Positions 1-14,827 of a stretch of 64,000 nucleotides of DNA are shown piece by piece. A program made the translations under genes and the position numbers. Position 1 is the stretch's first letter; the number at the start of each line of letters is the position of its first letter. The stretch comes from the human T2T-CHM13v2.0 reference genome, Homo sapiens: NCBI RefSeq assembly GCF_009914755.1, contig NC_060937.1, one strand, 5' to 3'. Under the pieces are notes generated by a model. The model did no database searches. It saw only the letters and a list, made by a program, of their open reading frames with translations, and had not been told where the DNA came from.

Positions 1-91
1 TTATATTTATTTCATTACATAGATATGAAATGTATGTGACAAAGACAGTAAATACTCTTTTTTGACATGTTGATGTTGGTTATCTACTTAG

Positions 92-223
92 CTTAATGCA
101 AGTGATCATTTGTGGGATAATTTAATCATTCCAGACATATTAACAGATTTACGGGATGATAATACCATCCTTAGTATTGTTTTGAAGAATATAGATTCAT
201 TCCAAGAAATATTAATTAAAAAG
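92..223 (+). CDS. Candidate internal coding exon of an unidentified multi-exon gene (LNASDHLWDNLIIPDILTDLRDDNTILSIVLKNIDSFQEILIKK)
   Basis: Acceptor ...tatctacttAG at 90-91 and donor AAG|GTAACA at 224. 132 bp, phase 0-0, fully open, non-repeat, protein-like composition. Overlaps ORF 110..310. Confidence 0.6.
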
Positions 224-1415
224 GTAACAAGATGTTCTTCTAGGCAGAGATGCAGTTTCAAAGATAATTTATGTTTGTTTGCATATGAGGAGGTCATGGT
301 CAACATATAAGCCAATAATAAAAGTAAATGTATTCCTGGTGTATACTAGGCCCTGAATGATTATTTGTTTATTTCAGGTATGAATATTTTGGTAAAATAT
401 GCTTCTATTTTTGACAGACAATGCTACAAGATGTAGACGTTAACATTCAGCAAGCATTTTATGAAAGAGGAATATTGAAGTGAACTTTGAAGAATTAAGA
501 AAAAGAGATTCTATTTAGAATGTAGATAATGGGCATGAAGAAAATGAGGTGTCAAGTGATGTGATTAGACTTGAAGTGATCAAAGCAGCTAGAAAACAGA
601 GTATAGAAGATACTTTAACGTGAATGATGAATCTTCCAAAAGCAATGACAAGGAAGAGGCTGGAGTTTAAATCTTCTTGAAAGCAGAAACTGTATCTCAT
701 TTAATGTTTTAACCTTAGTATATAGCACTGTGCCTAAGTCACATTAAGTAACATTGAGAATTCACAAACTCTGTGAAGGTACAGACCAGAAATGAAAAAA
801 AAAATAAGAAGGAAGGAAGAAATAAGGAATACTGTGAAGTATTTGTGATATTAGGGGTCAGTATGTCATAAATGACCTTCAAAAATGAGACTGTTTGTTA
901 GGTGAGAAGAAGCAGAAAGATTTTCAAGATTGAGAAGGAAGCTTGAAAAACACAATTATTTTTCCGTAGAAATATTTTTAAAAGATGGTATAAATGGCCT
1001 GTATTGGAGAATATCCAAAGAGACTTTCATTCGAGCGATCAAGTTTCAGTTATTGAAATGAAGTGAAATAATGTTCAACAATGGAGTTCTAAATATATTA
1101 TAGAATAATTAACTTTGTCTGTTTTCCAATTGAGCCCTCAGTCGGCAAAACTGTTAGCTACAATTATCATAGCCTAAGAGTTTGATTTGAATCCATACTC
1201 AGCAAATTGTTGGGTTATTCTTATTTCTCCCTGGCAAATCACATATTGACACACTACAATACCTTCATTAATTCTAAATTGACATTACAAACTCAGCTAA
1301 AAATTTAGCTTTTAAAAACACACTATTCATGGAGGTCTTGTATAAGTTTAGGTAATAATTTAACTCCTTCATCACGTGCTTATAAATTGTTTCCCAAATT
1401 CCATGATAACTTTAG

Positions 1416-1465
1416 TATCAATTCACAGGTGTGACACCATTTTTTATAAGTACAATATTCGCAAG
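1416..1465 (+). CDS. Candidate coding exon (YQFTGVTPFFISTIFAR)
   Basis: Acceptor ...gataactttAG and donor AAG|GTAAAT. 50 bp, phase 0 to 2, bridging 92-223 to 4979-5052 in frame. Confidence 0.42.
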
Positions 1466-1762
1466 GTAAATAAAATGTTTTGACGTTTGGGTACTTTGAC
1501 ATTTTCCACTGATATTAATGATGCTATAAAATTGTCATGCAGAATGCCATTTACCCATGGGGTAATGTTTATTAATTATAAACGTTATGTAATCTGTTTT
1601 AGATGTAAAAGGTTATGTGTTCTTTTTATTTTGCATTCTGATTAAATCTAAATCAGTACACAAACAGAACCATTATAAACTCAAATGTGAACTTTAAATA
1701 GGATTTTAACCTCAGGGATTTGCAAGCCAGAAAAAAATATAAAGGCATTGAGAAAATCAGAA

Positions 1763-1797
<35 letters not shown>

Positions 1798-1937
1798 TGT
1801 CCATATATACACTTTTGTATATATATATACACAAATATATACTATATATGTATATGTTTATATGTAAAGCTGCTGTGTTTTTCAACATTCTATATGTATA
1901 TATACGTATATATATGTGTGTGTGTGTATATATATAT
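1763..1937. repeat. Compound (CA)n/(TA)n/(TG)n microsatellite
   Basis: acacacac... then tatata and gtgtgt tracts. Explains ORFs 1720..1995 and 1882..2088. Confidence 0.9.
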
Positions 1938-2939
1938 GTTTTCCATAAGCAATAGCATTGCTGTTGTGAATTCCATGCCTCACCGTATATACTGAAGGAA
2001 AAATGAAGGTGAAATTGTTCAGATTACTATCATGGGGAGTTTTACTTGAATGTGTGGTTAGATTAAATGCAAATATAAACAAAAACACCTTTCCTATGGG
2101 GCAAGAAAGTAAATATTTAATGAGCCCCTTTTCAAGAAGAATTATTTGACATGATGTATTTCAATAGAGGCTGACAAACAGGCTTGAGTTGTGAACCTGA
2201 CTTGAGCCAGAAGTGAACAGAGCCTCACCACTTTGGAAATACTTTTCTATAGCATTTTGAAAGTATGCAAATTAGAAAAGATTATATTTTATCTTTATAT
2301 TTTCTTTAATATTCCTTTTTGTTTGCTGTGCATGAGCATCCAAGATATATTTATATTGATTATTTCCTCACATACAATAATATTAGCTTATATTTTGGAT
2401 TCATAGACTTTACTATGTTAACATGATGAGGCCCATTCATAATGTTGAGAAACACAGCAGCTTTACATATAAAGTCTAAATATGGGATTTGCTTTTTTTG
2501 TAAGCCCATGATGATGACATTTAAATTCCATGTTTATTTTTGAATGTAGGAGTCATTTATTTTGATCTCTCTCCTGTGTTTTCTGTAAAATAGAGATTGA
2601 AACATGGTTTAAAAATTATTTTTGTAGTTAATCTTTCTGCTTCTGGTATTATTAAAAATGTAAAATTGCTCTATTTAGTTTCTAATAAATGTAAGACATA
2701 AGCTGAAATACTTACATACATAGAGTTAAAAAAAAGTGGCCTATGAAGGAAATTTAGAAATCATCTAGAGATTATCTTAAGTAAAAGGAAAAGAAGTCCC
2801 AGAGTGTGAGTTGAAATTTAAAAATTAAAATATGATATTTTTAATTTTCACAATAATATTACTGATTTGACTACAGAAGAATGATGTAATACGACCTGTG
2901 TTTAATGTTATTTTTATTTTGTTTTAATTAATTAATGTA

Positions 2940-3848
2940 TTTATTTTTTCTTTCCAAAACTTTTATTTTGGTTCGGGGTTGCATGTGCAGGTTTGTTACA
3001 TGGGTAAATTGCATGTTGCAGAGGTTGAGGTTACAGATTATTTTATCACTGAAGTAATCAGCATAGTACCCAATAAGTAGTCTTTGGATCCTCACCCTTC
3101 TCCTCCCCTCCACCCTCAAGTAGGCCCTGGTGTCTATTGTTCCCTTCTTTGTATCCATGTGTACTTAATGTTTAGCGCCAATTTATAAGTGAAAACGTGG
3201 TATTTGATTTTCTGTTCCTGCATTGGTTCATTTAGAATAATTACCTTTGGCTCCATCTATGTTGCTGCAAATGATTTCATTCATTTTATGGCCACATTGT
3301 ATCCCATGGAGTATATGTATCACATTTTCCTTATCCAGTCCACTATTGATGAGCATCTAGGTTGACTCCATGTGTGTGCTATTGTGAATAGTGCTGAGAA
3401 TAACATATGAGCACATATGTCTTTATGGCAGAATGAATTATATTCCTTTGGGTGTATATCCAGTAATGGGATTGCTGGATTGAATGGTAGTTGTTTTAAG
3501 TTTCATAAGAAATTTCTTGACTGCTTTTCACAGTGGCTGAACTAATTTACATTCCCATCCAGTATATGATCATTCTCTTTTCTCTGCAACCTCATTAGCA
3601 TCTGTTTTTTTTTTTACTTTTTAATAATGTCATTCTGACTGGTGTGAGATGCTATCTCATGATTTTGATTTGCATTTTTGTAGTGATTAGTTATGTGGGC
3701 ATTTTTTCATATGATTGTTGGCCATGTGTGTGTCTTCTTTTAACAAGTGTCTGTTCATGTCCTTTGCCCATTTTTTGATGAGGTTGTTTGTTTTGTGTTT
3801 GTAAATTTAAGTTCCTTATAGATTCTGAATATTAGACCTTTGTTGAAT
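2940..3848 (-). mobile_element. L1 3' fragment, L1PA15/16-like
   Basis: Reverse complement of L1 3'UTR (gcatgtgcaggtttgttacatgggtaaattg; caccctcaagtaggccc) plus ORF2 C-terminal sequence. Confidence 0.85.
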
Positions 3849-4978
3849 TGCGGAACAGTCTGTAGTTTGTGTACTTCAAAAGACAAGCAACTAATTGAGA
3901 ATATTTGTGGAAGCTAAAAAGGTAATACTAAGACAGATGCTCTTAATGTGTAGAGTAAATGAAATTTCTAATGATGAGGTTAGATTCACTTTCAAATGAG
4001 AAGCACAATTATAATATTACTGGAATGAATGTATATGTCAAAATCAACTAATAGTAACTCTGCATATAAGTCATCCATATATAGTGGTTCTGACTTTTAT
4101 GATCTATTTCTACTTTTTCCAAAATTTCAAGTAAAAGAAGCTCATTAAGAAAAATTTCAACTAGAATGGCTTGAAATATACTACTCTGTCAAAAAAAGAA
4201 TAAATAAGAATTATATTTGGTTAAATCTTTCAGTCCACAGATAACACTTGTGTGGCTGATGTTCAAATAATTTGGAATTTTATTTGTTTGCTTTGTTTTT
4301 TTATATATGATATCTTAGTTCTTAGTTCAAACTGTAAATTTATGTCCATTTTTGTTGCTATGTCACTATTATGGTGAGAAAACTATAAATAGAGTTTAGC
4401 AAGATTTAAGTAGCTTGCTTTTAGTTTACTATGATAACACATTGTAGAATTTATATTTAAAGCCAATTTCACTGCACTACAAAGTCTCCATTGAGTAATC
4501 TTAGCTAATTAAACAAATTAATTTTCCAGCCATAAAAGTATTCTGTATATATAGATAACCAGAAAAAGTATTATTTTGATATTATGTTTATTTATGATTC
4601 TTAGAATGAACAGATAACTAAATAACTTAATTTAAAATGAAAAATATCAGTAATTATTTAATAGTAATATTCTCTTATTTTACTCCTTATCCTTTGTTTA
4701 TGCGGCTTGAAAAAAGTAATTTATCTTTACCTATTTTATCACATTCTGGATGATGTCACAAGCTGGATAATTTCACCTAGCTGTTGATAACATTATATGC
4801 TACCTTACACTTGAGGATATGCTATTGTCTACAATTTAATTACTGAGATATCACACATTTTTGATGTGTATATTCATAAATTGAACCTGTTGCCAATCAT
4901 TTACTTTTTCTGCTGTGACAAAAAACTCTATTTCTACCATATGCTGCTGAAACAATTTTTCTTCCTTGTTGGCTTTAG

Positions 4979-5052
4979 GATTTTAGGAAGTTGTCTTTAT
5001 TGTTTGTCATTGTTAGCAAACACACTTGAAAACATTGCTATTTGTCGTTTGC
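4979..5052 (+). CDS. Candidate coding exon (ILGSCLYCLSLLANTLENIAICRL)
   Basis: Long pyrimidine tract tttttcttccttgttggctttAG and donor TGC|GTAAGA. 74 bp, phase 2 to 1; the only open frame is the one compatible with the upstream exon. Confidence 0.5.
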
Positions 5053-6203
5053 GTAAGACATAAAAAAGCCTTACTGGTTAGAAGCTCTTATTCTAGGAAA
5101 TAATAATTAAAAATGATAGAGAAGCTAAAATTGGCTTTAGTTTGGTTTCCTTGTTCCTAAATAAATTTCATTTAAATCTTTATTAAAGGCTTATATAACA
5201 TTCCGTTTAAACCAAATCCCATCTATTGTGACAAATTCAAGCTAAATGTTTCATAAAATGGAACAACTTTTATCAAAAACAGCTTTCATTCAGTGTTATA
5301 ATAGTTGAAATAGTTGTGGAATATTTTGATGCACTCCAACCCAAAACACTTCAAGTTTTAGCAATCTGGCTCTAGGAGGTAACACATAAAATTAGTGTTT
5401 TTAACAATCTGACTTCAGGAGGGAATACATAAATTTAACTAGAGTTTTTAACATTTCTCATCAATAAATAACCAGATAACGATAATATTCATTGCCTCAG
5501 GGTGACAAAATTGTAAAGAACTGTTATTGCTTTCTCTGTCTTATTTTAGATATGTGTGAGATCATTAGCCTCTGAGGCCTTGATACAGAAACTAATGAGG
5601 CTACTGAGTCATAGAATTTATAGCTTGTTCAGATAGTGCATGATATCATCTAATCTTACCTACTAAATTCACTACTCTAGTGAGTAATTCTCAGGATAGT
5701 CATATAATAGAATTGTATCTGACTTCAAAATAAGCGTATGAATTTAACTGCTAATATATATTATGGCGCTCTTCCTAACAAAATTTGAGAATTTAGGGGA
5801 TAAAAATAAAGCTACATTCCTTCAATTAAATACCCTAGTCTTTCTTACTTGACAGATGACAAAATGGCCATTCTAACAAGGTTAATATTAAATGAAAGTA
5901 CTAGTATTTCAAATAGTCTTTTAGAATAGTAGTTTGCCTGAAATATCAAACACAGCAAGCTATGTATAAGGGTTAAAACCAACTATGAAGGAATCTTTTC
6001 AATATACTAAAACTGAAGAAAGAGCTATGGTATGATTGGTTCCTAGATAATCTTGTATTTGTCATATCAAACTCCCGAGAGTAATACTGGTACATCTATT
6101 GCTAGCTGTTCTTGTCACTCACTAGAGTATACACAGAGAACAGAAATGTTTAACTTAAAAGCAGAAATAACTATTTAAATTTGATACTTGAGACTTCTTT
6201 TTA

Positions 6204-6450
6204 ACACCGCATGTTCTCACTCATAGGTGGGAATTGAACAATGAGAACACATGGACACAGGAAGGGGAACATCACACACCAGGGCCTGTTGTGGGGTGGG
6301 AGGAGGGGGGAGGGATAGCATTAGGAGATATACCTAATGTTAAATGACGAGTTACTGGGTGCAGTACACCAACATGACACGTGTATACATATGTAACTAA
6401 CCTGCACGTTGTGCACTTGTACCGTAAAACTTAAAGTATAAAAAAAAAAG
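6204..6450 (+). mobile_element. 5'-truncated primate L1 (L1PA4/5-like) 3' end with TSD
   Basis: L1PA 3'UTR (catgttctcactcataggtgggaattgaac...aaaacttaaagtata) plus A tail. 14-bp TSD gagacttcttttta at 6190-6203 and 6452-6465. Confidence 0.93.
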
Positions 6451-7409
6451 AGAGACTTCTTTTTAGAATAGACTTATTGCTTGGCATAATATGTTCTAAA
6501 TAACCACAATAAGCTTGTTTGTATTTAACTTGCCATTCTGTTTGCTCAAATAAGATGACTTAACAAAAAACCCCAGTGATGGTTCTGCCTCAGTTTATTA
6601 AGATGCTATCATGTTAGTTCCACATAGAACTAATTTTTGTTTTTATTCTGTCTGGCTATATTGAGGAATAGTGAGTACACATCCCTAGGAAACTCATTAT
6701 GGTAGTTACTGTAGAAGCATTGTTGAAGATGCCACACATTAATTGGCATGGTGTTCTCTTTATGTTGACTCTGGAGAGCTATGTTTCTTACGTTTCAAGG
6801 ATGGGAAAATCTTAATTTCTCTTGAATTTTGTTTTAATCTTATGCTCACTTCTAATATGAATTTTGTACTTTAGCATGTGCTGTTACTCAGTTTTCTATT
6901 TTCATATTTTCTTTGAGCAACTATGAGCATTTCAGACTTTTTTATAATTTAAAATTTATATCAAAATAATTATGAGGTAGATAGTATAATTTTTTTCAAC
7001 TCCAGCATTGTGGTCTGAATATAGCAGCAAAATTAATAAATACATAGTCATTTTACATGTGAAGTTCTCAAAGGTTAATTTTTATTTCATTCACGATAAA
7101 ATTCAGACCAATTTTTTTTAAATGTAATAATTTTTATGGTCACCCCAGCTATGGAGTTTCATAGCCTTCTTGAGTTGTCCAATTAAATAGCTCATTACAA
7201 GAATAGAAATAAACAAACACCACTGTAGTTAATGGGAAATGGGAATTTAAATAAGCTTATCTTCTGAATTTATATGACTTTGGGATTTAGAGTGCCTTTT
7301 AATATTCAGTTTTTTTTAATATACAACATATAAATAATGATAATCTGCCAGCCCTGGTTGTCATAGAACAAGATAGCAATATAAAAGAAATTTACTAAAA
7401 GTAAGGTAA

Positions 7410-8200
7410 TATTCAAACCATCTATCAAAAACAACATTTCAAAGGACTATGGCTAGCCACTGTGCTAAGATATGCTGGATATACATTGGTGAACAGACAT
7501 AATTCATGCAATTGGAATTAAGAGAATAGTGAAAGCAGATGGTACATAATCATATCATTAAATCTTTAATTACAACTTGTGATAAATGACAGAAAAATGA
7601 GGTGCTACAGATTGGATGGCTACGATATGCCCCTCTGAGAAAAATGGCCCAAAGATGGATACCTAGAAAAGGAGAAATAATTAAAAATGTGACTATTATA
7701 GGTGACAGTAATCAAGTGCACAAGGTTCCCAGATGGAAAAAGAACTTGTCCTCTGTAAGGAATCGATACAAAGGCCAAAGTAAGGGAGGCAAAACTTGGA
7801 GTCTGATGAAATTAGTGGCATATGGGTGCATTATCTTCATCACAAGGCCTTACAGTTTGTGTTAATGATTTCAGATTTACCTCTAAGAGGATGTGAAGCC
7901 ATTGAGATGTTTTAATTTGAAGTGGAATTATCAGATTTATGTTTTTAAAGATTGTTCTTGCTACAGTGAAAGAATGAATTGAGTAAAGCAAATGTGAAAA
8001 CACGGAGATCAGCTAAGGATATATTGCAATTACTCAGACCAAAAACAATGGTTTCTGCACTAGGGTGATGACACTGGATGCCAAGTTATGTGTTTTTACT
8101 CTTAATTTTATAAGAGGATAGAAGTGGACCTTCATGAGGACACAGTGAATATTAGTGACTAAGAAGAAAAGGTCATCAAAATTGATTTCATATTATTGTC
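7410..8200 (-). mobile_element. Degenerate L2 LINE fragment
   Basis: L2-like motifs (gccactgtgctaagatatgctggatatacattggtgaacagac; gccattgagatgttttaa). Boundaries approximate. Confidence 0.5.
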
Positions 8201-8699
8201 CTAATTAACTCCATAGATTCTGAAAAGCGATGTAGAAATGAACATAACTAAAATTAAAATAGAAAATCATTATATAATGGATCACACTTGGCCTGATTTT
8301 TCAGACTTAAATGTGACAAATTTTCTAAAGCAAGTTTTACTTTTAAGTGTCTTGTTTGGAAATACCGTTTCCTATATATTGAGCACTGCTGCTGAATTAC
8401 ATTATAGATTTTCTTGGTGCCTAAATTCATCAAAGTGAAGTATTTTATTATACTCTCAATGTCACCTGGAAAAGAGAACTACTGAAGAGTCCAGTAAGCA
8501 ATGTTGCTCTGTGGATGGGGTTAAGCGAATGACTTGGCTTATGACACCTTCGACTTTGTACATACTTACACACAAAAATCAGCTTACACAGCAGTGTTTA
8601 GAAAAACAGCAAGAATAGCAATAAACCATGGCTGGAATTGGCATTTATTATGCCATAACATAAGCCTCGGCATGGAAAAAAAGTAAAAAGAAGAATTTT

Positions 8700-9345
8700 C
8701 CTTAAAAATTAAGAACTTAGAAAAAGAACAACAAAATAAAGGAAACAGAAAGAAATCTATTCAGTATAAAATACATTTATTTATGAGTAGAAAACAGAGC
8801 ACTTAGAAATAACAAGCCATATCTCACTAACCTAATTTTAAAAATATTAATATATAAATCATTAATATACAAAATATGAACTAAAAGAATAATCATCAAA
8901 AGAGAAAAACTTAAAATACTCAGTATATTAGTTTAACATCTTCATATAAATATTTTTGAAGAAACTGATAACTCTTTAGGAAACTATAATTTATTAATAT
9001 TACCCCAGTTAAAAAAAAAAACTCTTAAGAGTTAATTCCACAGAAAACAAATAGAGAATGTTATCAAAGATCCCTCAAAAAATGATTTTACAAAAAATAT
9101 GCCAAATTTCAAACCAAGCAATCTAAAGGATACTTAAAGGAATAGAAAAACCAAATTTAACTTTACTGCTTTCACCTTATAAAGACTGTACACACACACA
9201 TACACACTAAACATCCTAAGCATTCACTTCACTTACATATAGTAAATGCAAAAGTTCTAAACAAAATACTAGCAAGCAGAAGATAATATCAAATCAACAA
9301 AAATACGACATGACCAACGGTTCATTTCAGTAATGAAAGGATGTT
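8700..9345 (+). mobile_element. Old L1M ORF2 remnant
   Basis: A-rich, with L1 ORF2-like motifs (aaatgcaaaagttctaaacaaaatactagcaa; catgaccaa). Boundaries approximate. Confidence 0.45.
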
Positions 9346-12300
9346 TAAAAGTTACTTACAGTTCTTGTTACACGTTTTTTCTAACCAAGACATTTTTAAA
9401 AGTGAAAGAATTGCTTATAAATTATATCAGGCATTAGCACAAAAGACATACACTGGGTTGGTTTTGAGGAAACTAGAAGTTTCTCTTTCTTCACAATATG
9501 TGCCATGTATTATATTTGTAATTTATATGTAATGGTAGAATTTCCTTTTTTTAACAGCTACTGCCCAGGCTGGATTTTAAACTTCATAACAAGGACTTTG
9601 ACTGTTCCACTCACAGTTGTGGTCGCTAATCTAGTTACTGGCATATAGTAATGTTAAATTAAAATTTGTTGTATGAATGAAGTAATTCATTATTAACTTG
9701 TGGTTATCTTTCAGGTTATCAATCTGATCACAAAATATATGCATGTGCATTCCTTTGTCTGTACATCCAGAGTCAAAATGTGAACAAATATTCTGATTTT
9801 ATTCTTAAATATCTTAAATGTAATAACAGACTGATAATTCAAAATAAAGGGAAAAATAACTTATAAACATTTCTAGTTTCCAGAATTTTTAAATGCCTGA
9901 AACAGAGTAGCTTAGCAAATAAGTTAGTGTACCCTTTAACATCTTAGTCTGGAGTTCTTTCTTACAAAAGCATAAAAATTCCTAGGTCATTTTAAGAAAC
10001 TCTACTAACTAGATAGATAGTTTCTAAATTATAGTTTCCAAGTGAAGTAATATTACAACATGAGTGAAAAAATGTTACAATTTAAAGATAATATATTAAA
10101 CTCTTCTATAATTTATTTTTAATATTTGCTGAATTTATAAAAATTTTATAAAGCTTTATACTCCATAACAAACTACAGAAATATTATCTACACAGAAATT
10201 GAGATAATTAATTTAGGACATTATTGGGACAATTTCTTCTATGTTATTTTCATTGAAAGAATTATCTCATATATTAACTGACATTTACTAAGACTTATAT
10301 CCTCACCAGATTGTGTAACGGAAATGGTATTGACTTTGCAGTTAGAAGAACTTGACTGTATCACAAACCAGCTTTAGGAGGCAAGATACCCTTGTGATTT
10401 CATCACTATCTGGAAAGCTACTATGAAACTTTGCAGTTTATTGTGAAGACAGTATGTATTAGTACCATAAAAACAGAAGTGTTGACAGGATGATGTAATA
10501 TAAGTGAAAGTACCGATAGAGCAGATAAAATACCCCCACGTGTTATCTCCCTTCCTTTTTTCCATCCTTCATTCATTTGAGTGGTAGAATCATATTTATT
10601 AATCATGCTTATTATTAAGAAAAAGTTCTTTGTGGTGCTTTAGTAAGGATTTATCTTCAAACTAAAGTTTACCTTGTCCAATTGCAATGCTGGCAATATT
10701 AATATATAGAAAAATGAAATTGATAATAGTATCGAATAATCATTATGCGCAGGTTTACCAGACAGCTACTAAAACAATAAAATGACATTTATATTAATTC
10801 CGTAAGGTTATAGAAATTAACTTCTTTACAGGGTCCCCAGCTACTTCTGCAGGTCTCCCATGGTTGGGTGCATGGATCTTTAGGGCAGATTTTTCAATTT
10901 CCTGCTCCAACCTCATTCTAAAACTACAAAGTCTTCTATTTTTTCATCAGTGATCTTAGTGATATAGTTTTTTCATTGTATTTAGGAATAATTCTAATGT
11001 AAACATCATTGGATAAAAATGAGAGTAATAATAATAACAAAATAATGATAGTTATTATTCTGCAGCACAGCACTACACTATCTTCCATTATTTCATTTGC
11101 TATGCTGACAGATAAGGAAAGCTTTTGTAAAATTTTCATAGCCTTAAATCTCCCTGATTTCATATAATGATATGTGAAAGAGCCAGAATTGAACAGATGT
11201 TTTTCCCAACGCTAAAGCACTTGACAAAAAATATTTTTTTTTAAAAAAAGCAAAACAAAGGCCAAAATAAAACAAAACAAAAACCTGAACTTTAGGATAA
11301 TATTCGAGAATAGAAAAGGCCAGAATTCTAGGGAATAGAAACTGGTTTTCAATGTGATCCAGAGGAAAGCATGGTCAGGGAATAATATATTCTAGAATGA
11401 GAAGAGATAAAAAGTCAGTTATAGACAAAGACGAAAATGTAAATACACTCTCAGGGATAAGTGTTGGTAAGTAATTTAAATGGTCAGTAAATATGTGTGC
11501 TTAAGACACAGGAAAGTGAACTTAAATGGCAATATGTGGAAATAAATTCATAAGGCATATTCAAAAAGGTCAAAATCTGAATATCAAGGTCTTTTGCATT
11601 TTTCATGCATATTTATGCTATCCTTGAAAAAATAAGCTAAGTCTTTTGATTTAAAAATAGGTTTGGACTGAGGATGAGTCAGAAGAGATTTATTATATTT
11701 CTTTCTGGATTTAGATATATTCTCATATTTTAAATTTTTAAACAAGCCTTTTTATTTTAATATTCCCATGGAAGTCTATTTTTGCATCGAAAATCTTTGG
11801 AAAATAACTAGAAAATGCCTTGCTATAGAATATTTCATCTACTTCTGTTGATTTTAGCACTATTTAAAAATATAAGGATCCAGAATAATGTTTATCCCAG
11901 AACTGATTATCAAGAGCTGTCATTGTAAACTGGAGTTTCTCAGCACAAAAGATATGCTAACATAATTCTCAGACCTTATGCAGTCACGTACAATGCTACC
12001 TACAGTTTAAAAAATCCTAAGTGATTGTCTTTAAAATCCTGGCATCTAGGTTTCTTTTACATGTTCCCTAAAAATTAAACTTCATGGTGAATACCATTAT
12101 CTTTGCAATGGTCATTTAAAAAGACAGTACTGTATTTTTCACTTCAGAACACTTAGGAAATATGAAGAAGAGTGAGAGATAAAAGCTAACTCTACAAAAC
12201 CAGTAAGATTTTTCCAGATTCATTCATATATTTTTGTTACTAAATATTGTTAGATATATCATATAACATAATTATAGAAATGTAAGAGGTTTCATGGAAA

Positions 12301-12450
12301 AAAGAGGATCACAAAGGTAAAACGTGTACTTTTGAAGATAAAAGAGTAAGTTTCTGGCAAATGAAACCCAAACCCTTTAACACTGGGAGCTTCATTCAAA
12401 CCTCACAACTATAATTTTCTCCACTGATTTGAACTTTTTTTTGGTGACTT

Positions 12451-12775
12451 TGTTTGTTTGCTTGTTTGTTTGTTTTCAGAGACACGGTCTCGTCCTGTTG
12501 TCCAGGCTAAAGTGCAATGTGGGATCATGGCTCACTGCAGAGCCAACCTCCTGGGATCAAGAAATCCTCCCACCTCAGCCTGCTGAGTAGCTGAAGCTGG
12601 AACCACAGGTATACGTCACACACCTGGATAATTTCCTTCTTCTTTTTTTTTTTTTTTGTAGAAATGGGGTTTCATTATGGTGCCCTGGCTGGTCTTGAAC
12701 TCCTGGCCTCAAGCAATGCTCTCACCTCAGCCTCCCACAGTGCTGGAATTATAGGTGTGAACAACTGTACCCAGC
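12451..12775 (-). mobile_element. AluJ-type SINE
   Basis: Dimeric Alu reverse complement with J-type features (gatcatggctcactgcag, aatcctcccacctcagcc) and (TTTG)n tail. Confidence 0.9.
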
Positions 12776-13135
12776 TAACTTACACTTAATTTTTTTTATT
12801 TAATGAAGTTTTATTACAATTAGTAATAAAATAAACTAATGCTTACTGTAAACTTTTTACAACTTGTTATCTCACATTTTAGGTAATAATAATACCAAAG
12901 ACACATAACAATGAACAAAAATCTGAGTATACCTTTGCGTTACTTGAGCTTAGCTCCCTCCAAACTCACCAGAATATATTTTAAAATAGAAAATCAAACA
13001 GTTTTCTTATGGTTAAAGCATATGTTCAGCTAGAATTAATTGAATTATCTTAGCTGTTTATCCTTAAACTCAGTGACACAGCATATAAAAAACCAGAATA
13101 TTATCTCCTGATTACTTCTCTTTCTATTATATGCA

Positions 13136-13454
13136 TTTTTGTTGTTGTTTTTTGTTTGTTTGTTTGTTTGTTTTTTTGATGGAGTCTCATTCTGTTGCCC
13201 AGGCTGGAGCGTGGCGGTGCAATCTTGGCTTACTACAACCTCCGCGCCCTGGGTTCAAGCCATTCTCCTGCCTCAGCCTCCTAAGTAGCTGGGATTATAG
13301 GTGCCTGCCACCACTCCCAGCTAATTTTTCTATTTTTAGTAGAGACAAGGTTTCACCATCTTGGCCAGGCTGGTCTTGAACTCTTGAGCTCGTGATCCAC
13401 CTGCCGTAGCCTACCAAAGTGCTGGGATTACAGGCGTGAGCCACCACGCCCAGC
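13136..13454 (-). mobile_element. AluS (Sg-like)
   Basis: Full Alu reverse complement with the ctcgtgatcc 2-bp deletion and (TTTG)n tail. Confidence 0.9.
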
Positions 13455-13597
13455 TGAACTGTGTTAGGTAAAGAATATTTTATGAGTGGTAAATCTGTTA
13501 ATAATCATAGAAAATAATTAATCCTAATGGATCAGAGAGGTATTGAGATGTTTTCTTCCTGAAAGATGGGTTTCAACCTTCCTTTTCAACTATCAGT

Positions 13598-13917
13598 CTT
13601 TTTTCTTTTCTTTTCTTTTTCTTTTTTGAGATGGGGGTCTCACTTTGTTGGCCAGGCTGGAGTGCAGTGGTGCAACCTTGTACCTTGGCTCACTACAACC
13701 TCTGCCTCCCAGGTTCAAGTGATTCTTGTGCCTCAGCCTCCCAAGTAGCTGGGATTACAGGTGTGTAACACCACACCCAGCCAATTTTTGTAATTTTAGT
13801 AGAGATGGGGTGTCACCATGTTGGCCAAGCTGGTCTCAAACTGCTGACCTCAAGTGATCCTTCTCCCTGGGCCTCTCAAAGTGCTGAAATTATAGGCCTG
13901 AGCCACCACACCCAGCC
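13598..13917 (-). mobile_element. AluS (Sx/Sz-like)
   Basis: Full Alu reverse complement with (TTTTC)n tail and imperfect TSD aactat..gtcttt. Confidence 0.9.
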
Positions 13918-14532
13918 AACTATGTCTTTCTACATCTTTCCATCAACGCAATGCCCAGAGGAAAATAATCATCAAGACTATGGTTTGCCATTGCATTCTT
14001 ATAATACTTGGGACTCTGAGGACAAGTTTAAATATTCAAAATTAAGTGGTGTACTTATGTAATTATTTTACAGGTGAATAATTTAAGTAAAGGTAAATTT
14101 GAATATCATCTATGAATGAGCTTATTATAAAAACATTATTTAATAGAGTTAAAATGCTTTGATCTATTTTGATATTACTTATTTAAAAGTCCATATTTTT
14201 GAGTTGGGACTCACAGGTTCTGTTGTTAAAATAATGTTGGGAAATTTCCAGTAATCTGAAGAGGCAAAATATTTGTCCTCAATAACATTTGTTATAATTT
14301 ATTTAACTACATATTATGAACAGCATACTAGTTAATATAATGCTAGCTGCTGTGACAAATAAACTCCAAAATCTCATAAAGTCCCACAACTGATGGCAGA
14401 GACGGAAAGTAGGCTGGACTCAATCACTAATATTGGGGACCCAGAATAACAAGAGCTTCCATCATCTACACATCCTTACACCTTGTGCTATCAGCATCTC
14501 ACCAGGAAGAATTGAGAAGAAAATGCTCCCTA

Positions 14533-14827
<295 letters not shown>

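Noticed and set aside
418-479. Possible exon TMLQDVDVNIQQAFYERGIL (phase 0 to 2)
   Set aside because: Acceptor is plausible but the donor AA|GTGAAC is weak; 1416-1465 fits the same phases with a much better donor.
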